DNA of 64,000 nt. Origin: Pseudomonadota bacterium. GTDB taxonomy: Bacteria; Pseudomonadota; Gammaproteobacteria; Burkholderiales; Burkholderiaceae. The stretch is from assembly GCA_039804685.1 (NCBI GenBank), contig JBDLVQ010000021.1:20923-84922 (forward strand), in the 5' to 3' direction. Both the position numbers and the translations under genes were made by a program. Below, in pieces: positions 11,424 to 20,569 of the stretch. Every line of letters starts with the position of its first letter. The first letter of the stretch is position 1. The notes under the pieces are model-generated. The model was not told the origin of the DNA, did not search any database, and worked only from the letters and a program-made list of their open reading frames with translations.

Positions 11424-11477
11424 GGCACCAAAGTGGAACATTAGGTATGCACCAAAATGAAGCACTTATTTGGTGCA
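11424..11477. promoter_or_regulatory. Three NtrC enhancer-like sites
   Basis: GGCACCAAAGTGGAACA (11424-40), TGCACCAAAATGAAGCA (11448-64), AGCACTTATTTGGTGCA (11461-77) versus consensus TGCACCA-N3-TGGTGCA. Confidence 0.8.
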
Positions 11478-11533
11478 TGAGAATTTCATAATTTTGGTAA
11501 AAAGTAGGTATTAAAGATTTACCTGGAGAAAAT

Positions 11534-11785
11534 ATGAACCCGCAAGACATCATGCAAAAAGTGCAATCAATTGCCAGCGACATGCAGAGCAAAGTGGAAG
11601 ATGCTATTCGTCAGTCACCAGCTAAAGATTTAGAAAAGAATGTTCGTAGTCTCATGACTCAAGGATTCCAAAAAATGGACTTGGTCACTCGCGAAGAATT
11701 TGATCTGCAAACACAAGTGCTTGCAAAAACAAGAGCGAAGCTAGAAGAACTGGAAGCCAAAGTGAGCGCACTAGAAAAAAAATAA
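11534..11785 (+). CDS. ubiK: Ubiquinone biosynthesis accessory factor UbiK family
   Basis: KMDLVTREEFDLQTQVLAKTRAKLEELE coiled-coil motif; SD GGAG. Confidence 0.88.
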   Translation: MNPQDIMQKVQSIASDMQSKVEDAIRQSPAKDLEKNVRSLMTQGFQKMDLVTREEFDLQTQVLAKTRAKLEELEAKVSALEKK

Positions 11786-11802
11786 TTCAAGTTGTGCCTT
11801 GT

Positions 11803-11831
11803 AAAACAGCAGAACATTGTTCTGCTGTTTT
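11803..11831. terminator. Bidirectional terminator between ubiK and MFS gene
   Basis: 13 bp stem AAAACAGCAGAAC/GTTCTGCTGTTTT with a 3 nt loop. Confidence 0.8.
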
Positions 11832-11834
11832 GGT

Positions 11835-13097
11835 TTAGTGTCCGGCCAAATGATGTTTCAATGGTTTTGGATAAAACAAAAACCACAAATAAGCAAAGAG
11901 CTGAATAAGTAAGAATATAAAAAATACTTGTTTGAATGCAGCCACTTTCTCAATGCCCAATGAGAAAGCAAGATCGAGCCCCCAACCTATACCCCACTGA
12001 AAAATAAACGCCCCTACAAATATTAATAAGTTGTAACTTGTTGCCGCAACGCCAGCATTCCGCGATGGAAATGCAGTGATCACAGTGCTTTGCCCCAGGA
12101 TGTGTCCAGTTGCACTCACAGCCAAAATAATCCACAAAATCCAACTCAAGGGTGAGCTGAAGTAAATGCCCAGCAACTGACTAACCAAGCCTACTGCTAG
12201 CAACCACTTTACATAATTGAGAGTTTTAAATCCTTTGCTATTCGCTCTAGGCAATAACCAAGCGTTAAAAGCATAAGCCAACAGCATCATGCCGTTAAAT
12301 AAAAATAAAACAGTCGCGCTTGTTTCAGAGCTGTAACCTAAAACCTCTGTCATCCAGGGCCCCAGCCACAGAGATTGCAAAGCTAAGAAGCCACCATGAT
12401 TAACAATACCGATCGGCAACATTCTCAAAAAGAAGGGATCAATCAAAATATCTTTTAAACCAAAGGATTCTTCATTATTAATGTTTTGATTCTTAGGACT
12501 AGGCTGATCATTCAACTTAGGAATGCCTAGTTGAATTCCCAAGAATGCAAGTCCTACCAAAATTGCCATAATAAAAAATGCGCCGCGCCATCCGATATAA
12601 GGTAAAGCCATTTGAACTGGAATTGTCGTAACCAATGCTCCAGCTGTTCCAAACACTAACATGCCTGAAGCCAATTGACTTTGCTGCTCCACCGCAAACC
12701 AGCGCCTATAGGCAGTAAATGCTGCCATCAAGCAGGCCGAGACTCCAATACCAATTAGCAAGCGCCCAATAGTCAGACCCCATAAACTATCTGCATAAGC
12801 AAAAATAGCTGAACCAACTAGAGCTATTAATAACAATGTGCTCTCTGTACGTCTTGGGCCAAAATGGTCTAAGGCCATACCAATTGGAATTTGCATAAGA
12901 GCAAATCCAACAAAATAAGCTGAGGATAAAAGGCCTAACTCAGAATGACTGATGCTTAAATCAGCCATCAGTTCGGGAGCTATTACTGCATTGACAGCTC
13001 TGAATGCATAGGATAAAAAATAGGCAAAAGCAAAATATAGAAACACGCGCCAAGCCAGAGCGCCGCGCATTGGAAGTTGAGTTTGAGTGTGAATCAT
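11835..13097 (-). CDS. MFS transporter
   Basis: About 12 hydrophobic segments, motif A GMALDHFGPRR. Confidence 0.9.
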   Translation of the reverse strand: MIHTQTQLPMRGALAWRVFLYFAFAYFLSYAFRAVNAVIAPELMADLSISHSELGLLSSAYFVGFALMQIPIGMALDHFGPRRTESTLLLIALVGSAIFAYADSLWGLTIGRLLIGIGVSACLMAAFTAYRRWFAVEQQSQLASGMLVFGTAGALVTTIPVQMALPYIGWRGAFFIMAILVGLAFLGIQLGIPKLNDQPSPKNQNINNEESFGLKDILIDPFFLRMLPIGIVNHGGFLALQSLWLGPWMTEVLGYSSETSATVLFLFNGMMLLAYAFNAWLLPRANSKGFKTLNYVKWLLAVGLVSQLLGIYFSSPLSWILWIILAVSATGHILGQSTVITAFPSRNAGVAATSYNLLIFVGAFIFQWGIGWGLDLAFSLGIEKVAAFKQVFFIFLLIQLFAYLWFLFYPKPLKHHLAGH

Positions 13098-13104
13098 GTG
13101 ACTG

Positions 13105-13710
13105 TTAATAAGGCTTAAACCCACTCAGAAACATACTATGCTCATCTGAGCTTAAAGTTTTTTCTAAGTCTTGATTAGATGTCAGTGTCTGCAGGATGGT
13201 TTGTTGATAAATTAAAATTTGACCATCAGAAAAGACTCTTTGAACCAGACGAGTTCGCATCAATCGGCGCTGACCATCTGGTCCCAAACCATCAATGACC
13301 CATTCTTTAGCAGGCAATTTTTCTGATGCTTGGCCAGAGGTATTGATTGTGATTGCTTGGGGGGCGACAGCTTGGCTTGTTTTCAAATTACTCAAAATGC
13401 CTGACTGAATAAATTCCAGCAATTGAGACATATGTGCCGATGATCTTAATTCAGGCGGCACTTGAATCACCCCAATGGCATACAAGCCATCTTTTACCTT
13501 AACAGCCTCCATGGTCATCGTTAACTTTTGCTGCTGAAACAACATGGTCTTTTCAGCACGACTTGGCTTGCCAGGATAGAGAGCCTCATACATCAGGTCA
13601 TCAGAACGGACTGTGCGCCAATCAAATGTTGGCGTACAAGCTGAAAGCGCCAACAAAAGACACAAAAATGAAAAGAGGCGGTTTATCAACATAAAAGAAT
13701 TATTTTGCAT
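13105..13710 (-). CDS. Conserved hypothetical lipoprotein
   Basis: Lipobox LSAC followed by TPTFDWR, typical of a Burkholderiales-conserved family. Confidence 0.75.
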   Translation of the reverse strand: MQNNSFMLINRLFSFLCLLLALSACTPTFDWRTVRSDDLMYEALYPGKPSRAEKTMLFQQQKLTMTMEAVKVKDGLYAIGVIQVPPELRSSAHMSQLLEFIQSGILSNLKTSQAVAPQAITINTSGQASEKLPAKEWVIDGLGPDGQRRLMRTRLVQRVFSDGQILIYQQTILQTLTSNQDLEKTLSSDEHSMFLSGFKPY

Positions 13711-13721
13711 AAAATGTGATT

Positions 13722-14252
13722 ATGCCCACTCCATCTATATTTCGTTTATTTATTAGCGCGAGATGCTTGTCATTGATAAGCGCACTTATGCTCATATTTA
13801 GTATCGCTGCTTGTTCTTCAGATACGCAACAATCCATGCCTAACTTTAAAGTGTCAGAAATATCAGGCCACCAACTGACGCAAGATGATTTTAAAAACAA
13901 GGTGGTTATTTTTAATTTTTGGGCAACCAGCTGCACCACATGTGTGAAAGAGATGCCTCAGCTTGTAGAAACCTATCAAAAATATAAAAATACGGGGCTC
14001 GAATTAACCGCTGTAGCTATGGCCTATGATCCCCCGATGTATGTGGTCAACTTCGCAGAAACCAGAAAGCTTCCATTTAAAGTTGTTTTAGATTCTGATG
14101 GTAGTGTTGCCAAAGCTTTTGGAAAGATTCAGTTAACGCCAACGACTATCGTTGTTGATAAAAAAGGCAAGATTATTAAGCGATATGTTGGCGAACCAGA
14201 CTGGACTGAATTTCATCAGCTCATTGAAAAGTCTTTAGCTGAAAAAGCCTAA
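13722..14252 (+). CDS. TlpA/ResA-like thiol-disulfide reductase (lipoprotein)
   Basis: Lipobox IAAC, NFWATSCTTCVKEMP, PTTIVVDK. Confidence 0.9.
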   Translation: MPTPSIFRLFISARCLSLISALMLIFSIAACSSDTQQSMPNFKVSEISGHQLTQDDFKNKVVIFNFWATSCTTCVKEMPQLVETYQKYKNTGLELTAVAMAYDPPMYVVNFAETRKLPFKVVLDSDGSVAKAFGKIQLTPTTIVVDKKGKIIKRYVGEPDWTEFHQLIEKSLAEKA

Positions 14253-14264
14253 AGACTTTTAAGA

Positions 14265-15218
14265 TTAGACTGCGCCAGCCTTCTCTGCTTGCTGGTCGGC
14301 ATGGTAACTAGATCGAACCATTGCACCAACGGCTGCATGAGTAAAGCCCATTGCATAAGCCTCTTTTTCAAACATAGCAAATGTGTCTGGGTGAACATAG
14401 CGGCGAACAGGCAAATGATGTCCTGATGGCGCAAGATACTGGCCAATAGTCAACATATCAATATTGTGCTCACGCATGTCACGCATCACTTCAAGAATTT
14501 CTTCGTCTGTTTCACCTAAGCCCACCATCAAACCACTCTTGGTCGAAACTTTTGGATATAAAGCTTTAAAATCTTTCAGCAGTTTTAGTGAGTGCATATA
14601 GTCAGAGCCAGGTCTTGCCTCTTTATATAAGCGAGGGACCGTTTCTAGATTGTGGTTCATGACATGAGGAAGACCATTAGCAAAAATATCTAAAGCCTTT
14701 TCTAAGCGTCCACGAAAATCAGGGACTAAAACTTCAATATTGGTATTTGGTGATAAATCTTTTGTCTTAGTAATACAGTCAACAAAATGTTGGGCCCCAC
14801 CATCCCGTAAATCATCGCGATCAACACTAGTAATCACGACATAAGATAACTTCAAAGCGGCAATTGTTTTGGCCAAATTAAGTGGTTCATCTAAATCTAA
14901 AGGATCAGGCCGTCCATGGCCAACATCACAAAATGGACAGCGACGAGTACATTTATCACCCATGATCATAAATGTTGCAGTACCTTTGCCAAAACATTCG
15001 CCGATGTTGGGGCAACTGGCCTCTTCACAAACAGTCACCAGTTGATTTTCTCTTAGTATCTTTTTGATTTCATGAAAGCGAGAGTTACCAGAAGCGGCCT
15101 TAACTCGAATCCAATCAGGCTTTTTAAGCACCTGCTCGATAGGAACAATTTTGATAGGAATGCGAGACGTCTTATCAGCTGATTTTTGTTTTTGATTTGG
15201 ATCGTAGGTCTTGGTCAT
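14265..15218 (-). CDS. lipA: Lipoyl synthase
   Basis: [12 protein letters not shown] and CTRRCPFC clusters, RSSYHA. Confidence 0.98.
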   Translation of the reverse strand: MTKTYDPNQKQKSADKTSRIPIKIVPIEQVLKKPDWIRVKAASGNSRFHEIKKILRENQLVTVCEEASCPNIGECFGKGTATFMIMGDKCTRRCPFCDVGHGRPDPLDLDEPLNLAKTIAALKLSYVVITSVDRDDLRDGGAQHFVDCITKTKDLSPNTNIEVLVPDFRGRLEKALDIFANGLPHVMNHNLETVPRLYKEARPGSDYMHSLKLLKDFKALYPKVSTKSGLMVGLGETDEEILEVMRDMREHNIDMLTIGQYLAPSGHHLPVRRYVHPDTFAMFEKEAYAMGFTHAAVGAMVRSSYHADQQAEKAGAV

Positions 15219-15865
15219 GACCGCACCTCTAGTTGTTGTGATAAATGGCCCAATAGATATTTAGCCACAATATCGATATTGTCGCTCACTCCCAGTGAGT
15301 GGAGGTCAATTGTCTTTAAACCCGCATAACCACAAGGGTTGATAGCCTCAAATGGCGCCAAGTCCATATGAACATTGAGTGCGAGGCCGTGATAACAGCA
15401 TTGCTTAGTAACTTTAAGGCCCAACGCCGCTATTTTTGCTCCGATATTGTTTTGGGCAATTATTTCCTGTTGAGCTAAATAGATTCCCGGCGCCCCTTGA
15501 TGGCGCTCACCCTGAATTCCCAAGTCTGCCAAGGTATTAATAATAGATTGCTCCATTCGATGAACTAAGTCACGGACAAATAAATGACGACGCCTTAAAT
15601 CTAATAACAAATAAACAACTAACTGACCAGGCCCGTGATAAGTAATTTGCCCACCCCTATCAATTGGTATCAGCGGAATTTTAGAATCGACCTGAAGTAA
15701 GTGCGCAGGATCTCCTGCCTGACCTAATGTAAATACCGAAGGATGTTCTAAAACCCAAATCTCATCTGGAGTATTGTTGTCGCGCTGCGACGTCAAATTT
15801 TTCATTGCCTCATAAGTTGGCAAATATTCTTGACGCCCCAAGTGACGGATAACAATTTCGTTCAT
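15215..15865 (-). CDS. lipB: Octanoyltransferase
   Basis: [30 protein letters not shown]. Confidence 0.97.
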   Translation of the reverse strand: MNEIVIRHLGRQEYLPTYEAMKNLTSQRDNNTPDEIWVLEHPSVFTLGQAGDPAHLLQVDSKIPLIPIDRGGQITYHGPGQLVVYLLLDLRRRHLFVRDLVHRMEQSIINTLADLGIQGERHQGAPGIYLAQQEIIAQNNIGAKIAALGLKVTKQCCYHGLALNVHMDLAPFEAINPCGYAGLKTIDLHSLGVSDNIDIVAKYLLGHLSQQLEVRS

Positions 15866-16138
15866 TTATAAAACAACACTCACCATCGGATGTGTTGAAA
15901 GTGTTCGATACAACTCATCTAACTGTTCGCGACTGGTGACTCTCACCGTTACAGTTAACCCTAGATAATTGCCATTTTTTGATGGGCGACGTTCAATTGT
16001 TTCAACATTGAAGCTAGGGTCAAAATTTAATACGATGCTCTCAATGGCTGATTGATAACCTTCAACCGCCTTACCCATTACTTTGATAGGAAAATCACAG
16101 GGGTATGTAATCAAGGACTCTTCTGGAGGAATATCCAC
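15866..16138 (-). CDS. ybeD: DUF493 / YbeD family protein
   Basis: YPCDFPIKVMG, SKNGNYLGLTV; start re-set to GTG 16138 after SD AAGGAG. Confidence 0.88.
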   Translation of the reverse strand: MDIPPEESLITYPCDFPIKVMGKAVEGYQSAIESIVLNFDPSFNVETIERRPSKNGNYLGLTVTVRVTSREQLDELYRTLSTHPMVSVVL

Positions 16139-16139
16139 A

Positions 16140-16859
16140 CTAAACTCCTTGAGTTGGATCGGGCTGGCCATGCCATGCTCTTAAAATTAAATCGCGAATG
16201 CAGTGCAATTTTCGATGAAAGAAATGGTCTGCTCCTGGGATAACCTGAACGGTTAACTCCTGAGGACGCGCCCAGTCAATCACACTACTCAGTGGTATCA
16301 CATCGTCGACCTCACCATGAATCACAATCGTATTCTTAGGGACGGGCGCCACTTCCCATTTTGAAGTGGCACTTCCAACCATAATCAATCGTTCTGGTGG
16401 CGCTCCAACTTCTTCTAAATGTTTAACGACATAGCTGCTAACATAACTTCCAAAAGAAAATCCTGCTATCGCTAAAGGAAGTTCGCCAACCAATGCCGGC
16501 CAGGCGTGACCTTCTAGCTCTGCAATACCTTGCCAGCTAAACGAATCGCGCATCCATGCAATCACCGCAATTAAATCTTCAGCCTCGCCTTTGCCGTCAT
16601 CGTGTGTTCCTTCACTACTGCCAACGCCCCTAAAATTAGGGCGCAAGGTGACATAACCTAATTGTGCAAATGTTCTCGCCAAAGTTTGTGCCACCTTGTT
16701 ATCCATTGTTCCGCCCAACAATGGATGTGGATGAGCTACTAATGCAATACCTCTTGGTCGATAGCTATGGGGATGCTGCTTAATTTCATCAGGTAAATCG
16801 AGTGATGCCTCGATTAAGCCAGCTGGACCTTGAAAATGTATTTTGATTGTGCGACTCAC
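16140..16859 (-). CDS. Alpha/beta hydrolase
   Basis: HPHPLLGGTMDNKV, nucleophile GFSFG, IHGEVDDVI, GADHFF. Confidence 0.9.
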   Translation of the reverse strand: MSRTIKIHFQGPAGLIEASLDLPDEIKQHPHSYRPRGIALVAHPHPLLGGTMDNKVAQTLARTFAQLGYVTLRPNFRGVGSSEGTHDDGKGEAEDLIAVIAWMRDSFSWQGIAELEGHAWPALVGELPLAIAGFSFGSYVSSYVVKHLEEVGAPPERLIMVGSATSKWEVAPVPKNTIVIHGEVDDVIPLSSVIDWARPQELTVQVIPGADHFFHRKLHCIRDLILRAWHGQPDPTQGV

Positions 16860-17171
16860 TTATTCGATCCTCAATCGATCAACAATTTGACCTTTAATGA
16901 AATGCTCATTAATGATTTCATCCATATCACTTTGATCAACGGCCGTATACCAGATACCCTCTGGATAAACGACCATAACAGGACCATGTGCACAACGATC
17001 TAAACAACCAGCCTTATTGACTCTGACCTTACTCGCACCAGATAAGCCAAGCTCTTTACAACGAATTTTCGTATATTCAAATAATTGATTGGCGCCATGC
17101 TGGGCACAACAGTCATCACCGTTTTCACGCTGATTTAAACAAAAGAATAGATGGTATTTAAAGTAGCTCAT
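16860..17171 (-). CDS. Thioredoxin-like (2Fe-2S) ferredoxin
   Basis: FFCLNQR...CC, RVNKAGCLDRCAHGP, VYPEGIWY; start ATG 17171. Confidence 0.92.
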   Translation of the reverse strand: MSYFKYHLFFCLNQRENGDDCCAQHGANQLFEYTKIRCKELGLSGASKVRVNKAGCLDRCAHGPVMVVYPEGIWYTAVDQSDMDEIINEHFIKGQIVDRLRIE

Positions 17172-17179
17172 AAGCAAAA

Positions 17180-18268
17180 TTATATAGAGGAAGATCGCAT
17201 TAGACGCTTGAGTAAAGATAAGGATGCCCCAATTGGCCAAATCCAGGCAAGCCAAGCCATTAAATGATTAAAGTGAATTAATCGGCCTTGTCGCCATTCT
17301 TGAATGGTGAGGATGTAATAAGGATTTTTGGGAAGGAAATTGACCAACAAGACCATGCCCACCAAACTTAATACCGCCACCAAATATAACCACCTTTTTT
17401 TAAGTTGCAAAACAGCGATCAAAATCAAAGTAGAAAAAATCATTCCCCATAACGCAGCGGGTGTTAACCACAAGAAACTCTTATCGACCCCAAACTGCAT
17501 GCCAGAAAAAAGTGCTTTTAAAACAATAGTAGCAACTAGCAAAGTTAATAGTAGCCGCACTCTAGGGGCGCTCAACCGCATGGTGATGGCTAGACATGAG
17601 CCAGCTGCCAACCAAGCAACCATTGTTGTTGCTATCTCTAAGGCGGCAAAATTAAATGTATCTTTCCAAATAGCTTGGTTAGCCCAAACTCCGCCCCAAT
17701 CACCCATAGCCAACCATGCTGTTTGAGGATAAATTTGAGCAAATGGGAAAGCCATCATCAAAATAATTCCGCTCGTGTGCAGGCCAAACCACTCTATACG
17801 TCGATGTTGAAATGCACTGCCTGACAACCATCTCGGATCCATTGGCATGGCTAAGAGCGCTCCAATAGTCGCGCCACCCATATTGGCCCACCAATCAACA
17901 TTACTTGGAATCCGAGTCGATAACCAAGTTTGTAAAGATTCCAATGAGCCAGATACCAAGCCCCCTAATAACAAAGCGAATAAAAGAGCCTTATAAGCTT
18001 TCAGGCGAGGATAGATGGCAAATACGGTTAAAAAACCTAAAGGCAAATAACCCAAAATATTAGTAAAAACATCAAATGAAGTGATGTATCTGGGGATTGG
18101 CGCATTCACCCAATCAAATATTCCGGCACCAACTGCAACATTAAAGTTAAATGGATAAATACTTGCGTAGACAATCAACAACACATAGGCAAAAGCAGCT
18201 ATGCGGGCTGTTGGCATAGGTAAATCTGGCCAAGATAAGCGCTGAGGACGTTGAAAATTGTCTGACAT
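17180..18268 (-). CDS. VanZ family membrane protein
   Basis: FDVFTNILGYLPLG, LESLQTWL..R.PSNVDW..N..G; polytopic. Confidence 0.85.
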   Translation of the reverse strand: MSDNFQRPQRLSWPDLPMPTARIAAFAYVLLIVYASIYPFNFNVAVGAGIFDWVNAPIPRYITSFDVFTNILGYLPLGFLTVFAIYPRLKAYKALLFALLLGGLVSGSLESLQTWLSTRIPSNVDWWANMGGATIGALLAMPMDPRWLSGSAFQHRRIEWFGLHTSGIILMMAFPFAQIYPQTAWLAMGDWGGVWANQAIWKDTFNFAALEIATTMVAWLAAGSCLAITMRLSAPRVRLLLTLLVATIVLKALFSGMQFGVDKSFLWLTPAALWGMIFSTLILIAVLQLKKRWLYLVAVLSLVGMVLLVNFLPKNPYYILTIQEWRQGRLIHFNHLMAWLAWIWPIGASLSLLKRLMRSSSI

Positions 18269-18294
18269 ATGCACATAGTACCTACAATATCAAT

Positions 18295-19077
18295 ATGGCT
18301 ATAAATTGGATACTTGAACGCGTCGAAGAAAGCACCTCTACCAATGAGGATTTGATGTCTCGTTGGAGGTCTGGATTGCTATGGGAGCCAGTTGCAAGAA
18401 TGGCTCTTAAGCAAACCTCTGGCAGAGGCAGAATGGGCAGAGCCTGGGTCAGCGGCCCAGATACAGCCCTTACCTTCTCGGTAGCCTATCCGTTCAGAAA
18501 AGGAATTCAAGATTTATCTGGCTTAAGTCTTGCGTGTGGCTTGGCGGTCGTTAAAGGAATTGCATCAGCCACAAGCATCAGCAAAGAAGATCTTCAAAAA
18601 ATGGGCCTTGGTTTAAAGTGGCCTAATGATATTTTATTGAATCAAAAGAAGGTGGCGGGCATGCTCATTGAGGGCGGTCAATTGAAGCCCGAAGAGCCCA
18701 CCTGGTTAATTATCGGAATTGGCATCAACCTTAATAGCAATTCAAATATCTCTGCCCAAATTGGTAGAGAAATTGCAGGCATTAATGACCTCACCATCTC
18801 GACACCAATTAACGCGGATTTATTATGGCTAGAACTAATAAAAGAATTGGGTATTGTCATTACAGACTTTGAAACATCTTCATTTAAGAAATTTCAAACG
18901 GAGTGGAATGACTGGGATGTCTACAAAAACAAAATGTGTCAAATCCACCAACAAGATAAGTTAGAGTCAGAAGGCATCGAAAAAGGTGTTGATGAAAATG
19001 GTTGCCTTTTGATTGAAACCTCAGGCACTTTAATGAAAATTATTAGCGGTGATGTTTCCTTGAGAATGGTTGTATGA
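18295..19077 (+). CDS. birA: Biotin-[acetyl-CoA carboxylase] ligase (no HTH)
   Basis: STN, QTSGRGRMGRAW, LKWPNDI, KVAGMLIE, GIGIN. Confidence 0.93.
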   Translation: MAINWILERVEESTSTNEDLMSRWRSGLLWEPVARMALKQTSGRGRMGRAWVSGPDTALTFSVAYPFRKGIQDLSGLSLACGLAVVKGIASATSISKEDLQKMGLGLKWPNDILLNQKKVAGMLIEGGQLKPEEPTWLIIGIGINLNSNSNISAQIGREIAGINDLTISTPINADLLWLELIKELGIVITDFETSSFKKFQTEWNDWDVYKNKMCQIHQQDKLESEGIEKGVDENGCLLIETSGTLMKIISGDVSLRMVV

Positions 19078-19865
19078 GCATCTTATTAATTGATCTAGGT
19101 AACACAAGACTTAAATGGGCTTTAGCTCAGAGTGACATCAACCATTTATCTGAAGATTTTGATCACCAAGGCTCTTTACCAAAAGGGGAAGTACTATCAA
19201 TTATGGAGCTTTGCCTTAATAAAACATGGGCAATCGAGCACATTGTTTGTTCTAGTGTTATCTCCAAAGAAATAACTGCCTCTATTCAAAGTGCATTTGA
19301 AAAAATATTCCCTAATGCGGGCTGGCATCAGATTAATGGCGCCACCCTACTTGAAGCAATTACAACTAGCTACACTGATGCAGCACAACTGGGCAGTGAT
19401 CGTAGGGCGATGATCATAGGCGCTCAAGCACTGCACCCAAACAAGAACCTTCTCATCGTGGGCCTAGGGACAGCAAGTACCATCGACTTATTGACAGCGC
19501 AACCCCACCATCACGGTGGGTGGATCCTGCCAGGATTTTCTTTAATGAAAGAGGCTCTTGCCACTGGCACAGACAGACTGCCTAATGGAGGCCTCACCTC
19601 AGATACTCATTTGTCATTTAGTGTTGGTATTGATACTCTTGCGGCAATTAATCATGGGGTTCTTGCAAGCCAAATAGGTGCTATTGAAATGGCCAAAAAA
19701 TATGCCGCTAAAGAAGGTGTCCCATTAGATTTAATCATTTTGGATGGTGGCAATGCCACACAATTAATCCAAGATCATTACAACAATGATTTACCAATCA
19801 AACAGGAAGCCAATTTAGTTTTAAAGGGTTTGTTTGCTTGGTGGCAAAGTATGAGTAAAAAATGA
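19074..19865 (+). CDS. coaX: Type III pantothenate kinase
   Basis: IDLGNTRLKW, LGSDR, GTASTID, GGWILPG. Confidence 0.93.
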   Translation: MSILLIDLGNTRLKWALAQSDINHLSEDFDHQGSLPKGEVLSIMELCLNKTWAIEHIVCSSVISKEITASIQSAFEKIFPNAGWHQINGATLLEAITTSYTDAAQLGSDRRAMIIGAQALHPNKNLLIVGLGTASTIDLLTAQPHHHGGWILPGFSLMKEALATGTDRLPNGGLTSDTHLSFSVGIDTLAAINHGVLASQIGAIEMAKKYAAKEGVPLDLIILDGGNATQLIQDHYNNDLPIKQEANLVLKGLFAWWQSMSKK

Positions 19866-20071
19866 ATAAAAAATTAAACCTCTTTTTATCAGTTTTAATC
19901 ATTTTAGGAACTGTGTTGAGCTTGCTAATCGTGGCACTGCCGTCTAAAACTCAGCAAATGATCAACGCTTGGTTTGAAAATAAAGAGGTGGCAACAGGTG
20001 CCCCCATTAAACAATCACCCGAATTAAAAACAACAGGTCCTGCGACCTCAGGCTCTAATTTTTCTCAATAA
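19862..20071 (+). CDS. Small membrane-anchored hypothetical protein
   Basis: ATGA overlap with the coaX stop; N-terminal TM helix plus polar tail; 69 aa. Confidence 0.6.
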   Translation: MNKKLNLFLSVLIILGTVLSLLIVALPSKTQQMINAWFENKEVATGAPIKQSPELKTTGPATSGSNFSQ

Positions 20072-20551
20072 GGCAGTTGTTGAACGATCATGGAGGAAAG
20101 GAATTGCATAAGCTTTGCCTCCCCAAGTTTTCACCAATGCAGTTTCAGCCAAAGTAGCAATCTCATAATCACCACCTTTAACGTAAATATCCGGCTTGAT
20201 TTGTGCAATCAATTCTACGGGTGTTTTTTCAGAGAAAAGCACAACTAGATCAACAGATTCCAATGAAGCCAACAATGCTAAGCGATCTGCTTCTGCATTA
20301 AGCGGGCGATCATCACCCTTACCTAACATACGCACTGATGCGTCAGCATTCACACCCACAATCATACTGGCACCCAAGCTTCTTGCTTGCGCAAGGTAGC
20401 TGACATGACCCCGATGAAGGATGTCAAAAACCCCATTCGTAAACACAACTGGCTTAGGCAGTTGACTTAATTTCTCTTGCAAATTTTGAGGCGTGCAAAT
20501 TTTTTTCTCAAAGTTTGGTGGCGGTAATTTTGATAGATCTGCTTGTGTCAT
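20048..20551 (-). CDS. rfaE2: D-glycero-beta-D-manno-heptose 1-phosphate adenylyltransferase
   Basis: FTNGVFDILHRGHVSYL, KGDDRP, VKGGDY, RSTT. Confidence 0.93.
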   Translation of the reverse strand: MTQADLSKLPPPNFEKKICTPQNLQEKLSQLPKPVVFTNGVFDILHRGHVSYLAQARSLGASMIVGVNADASVRMLGKGDDRPLNAEADRLALLASLESVDLVVLFSEKTPVELIAQIKPDIYVKGGDYEIATLAETALVKTWGGKAYAIPFLHDRSTTALLRKIRA

Positions 20552-20569
20552 AAATGAGATATTAACCGA

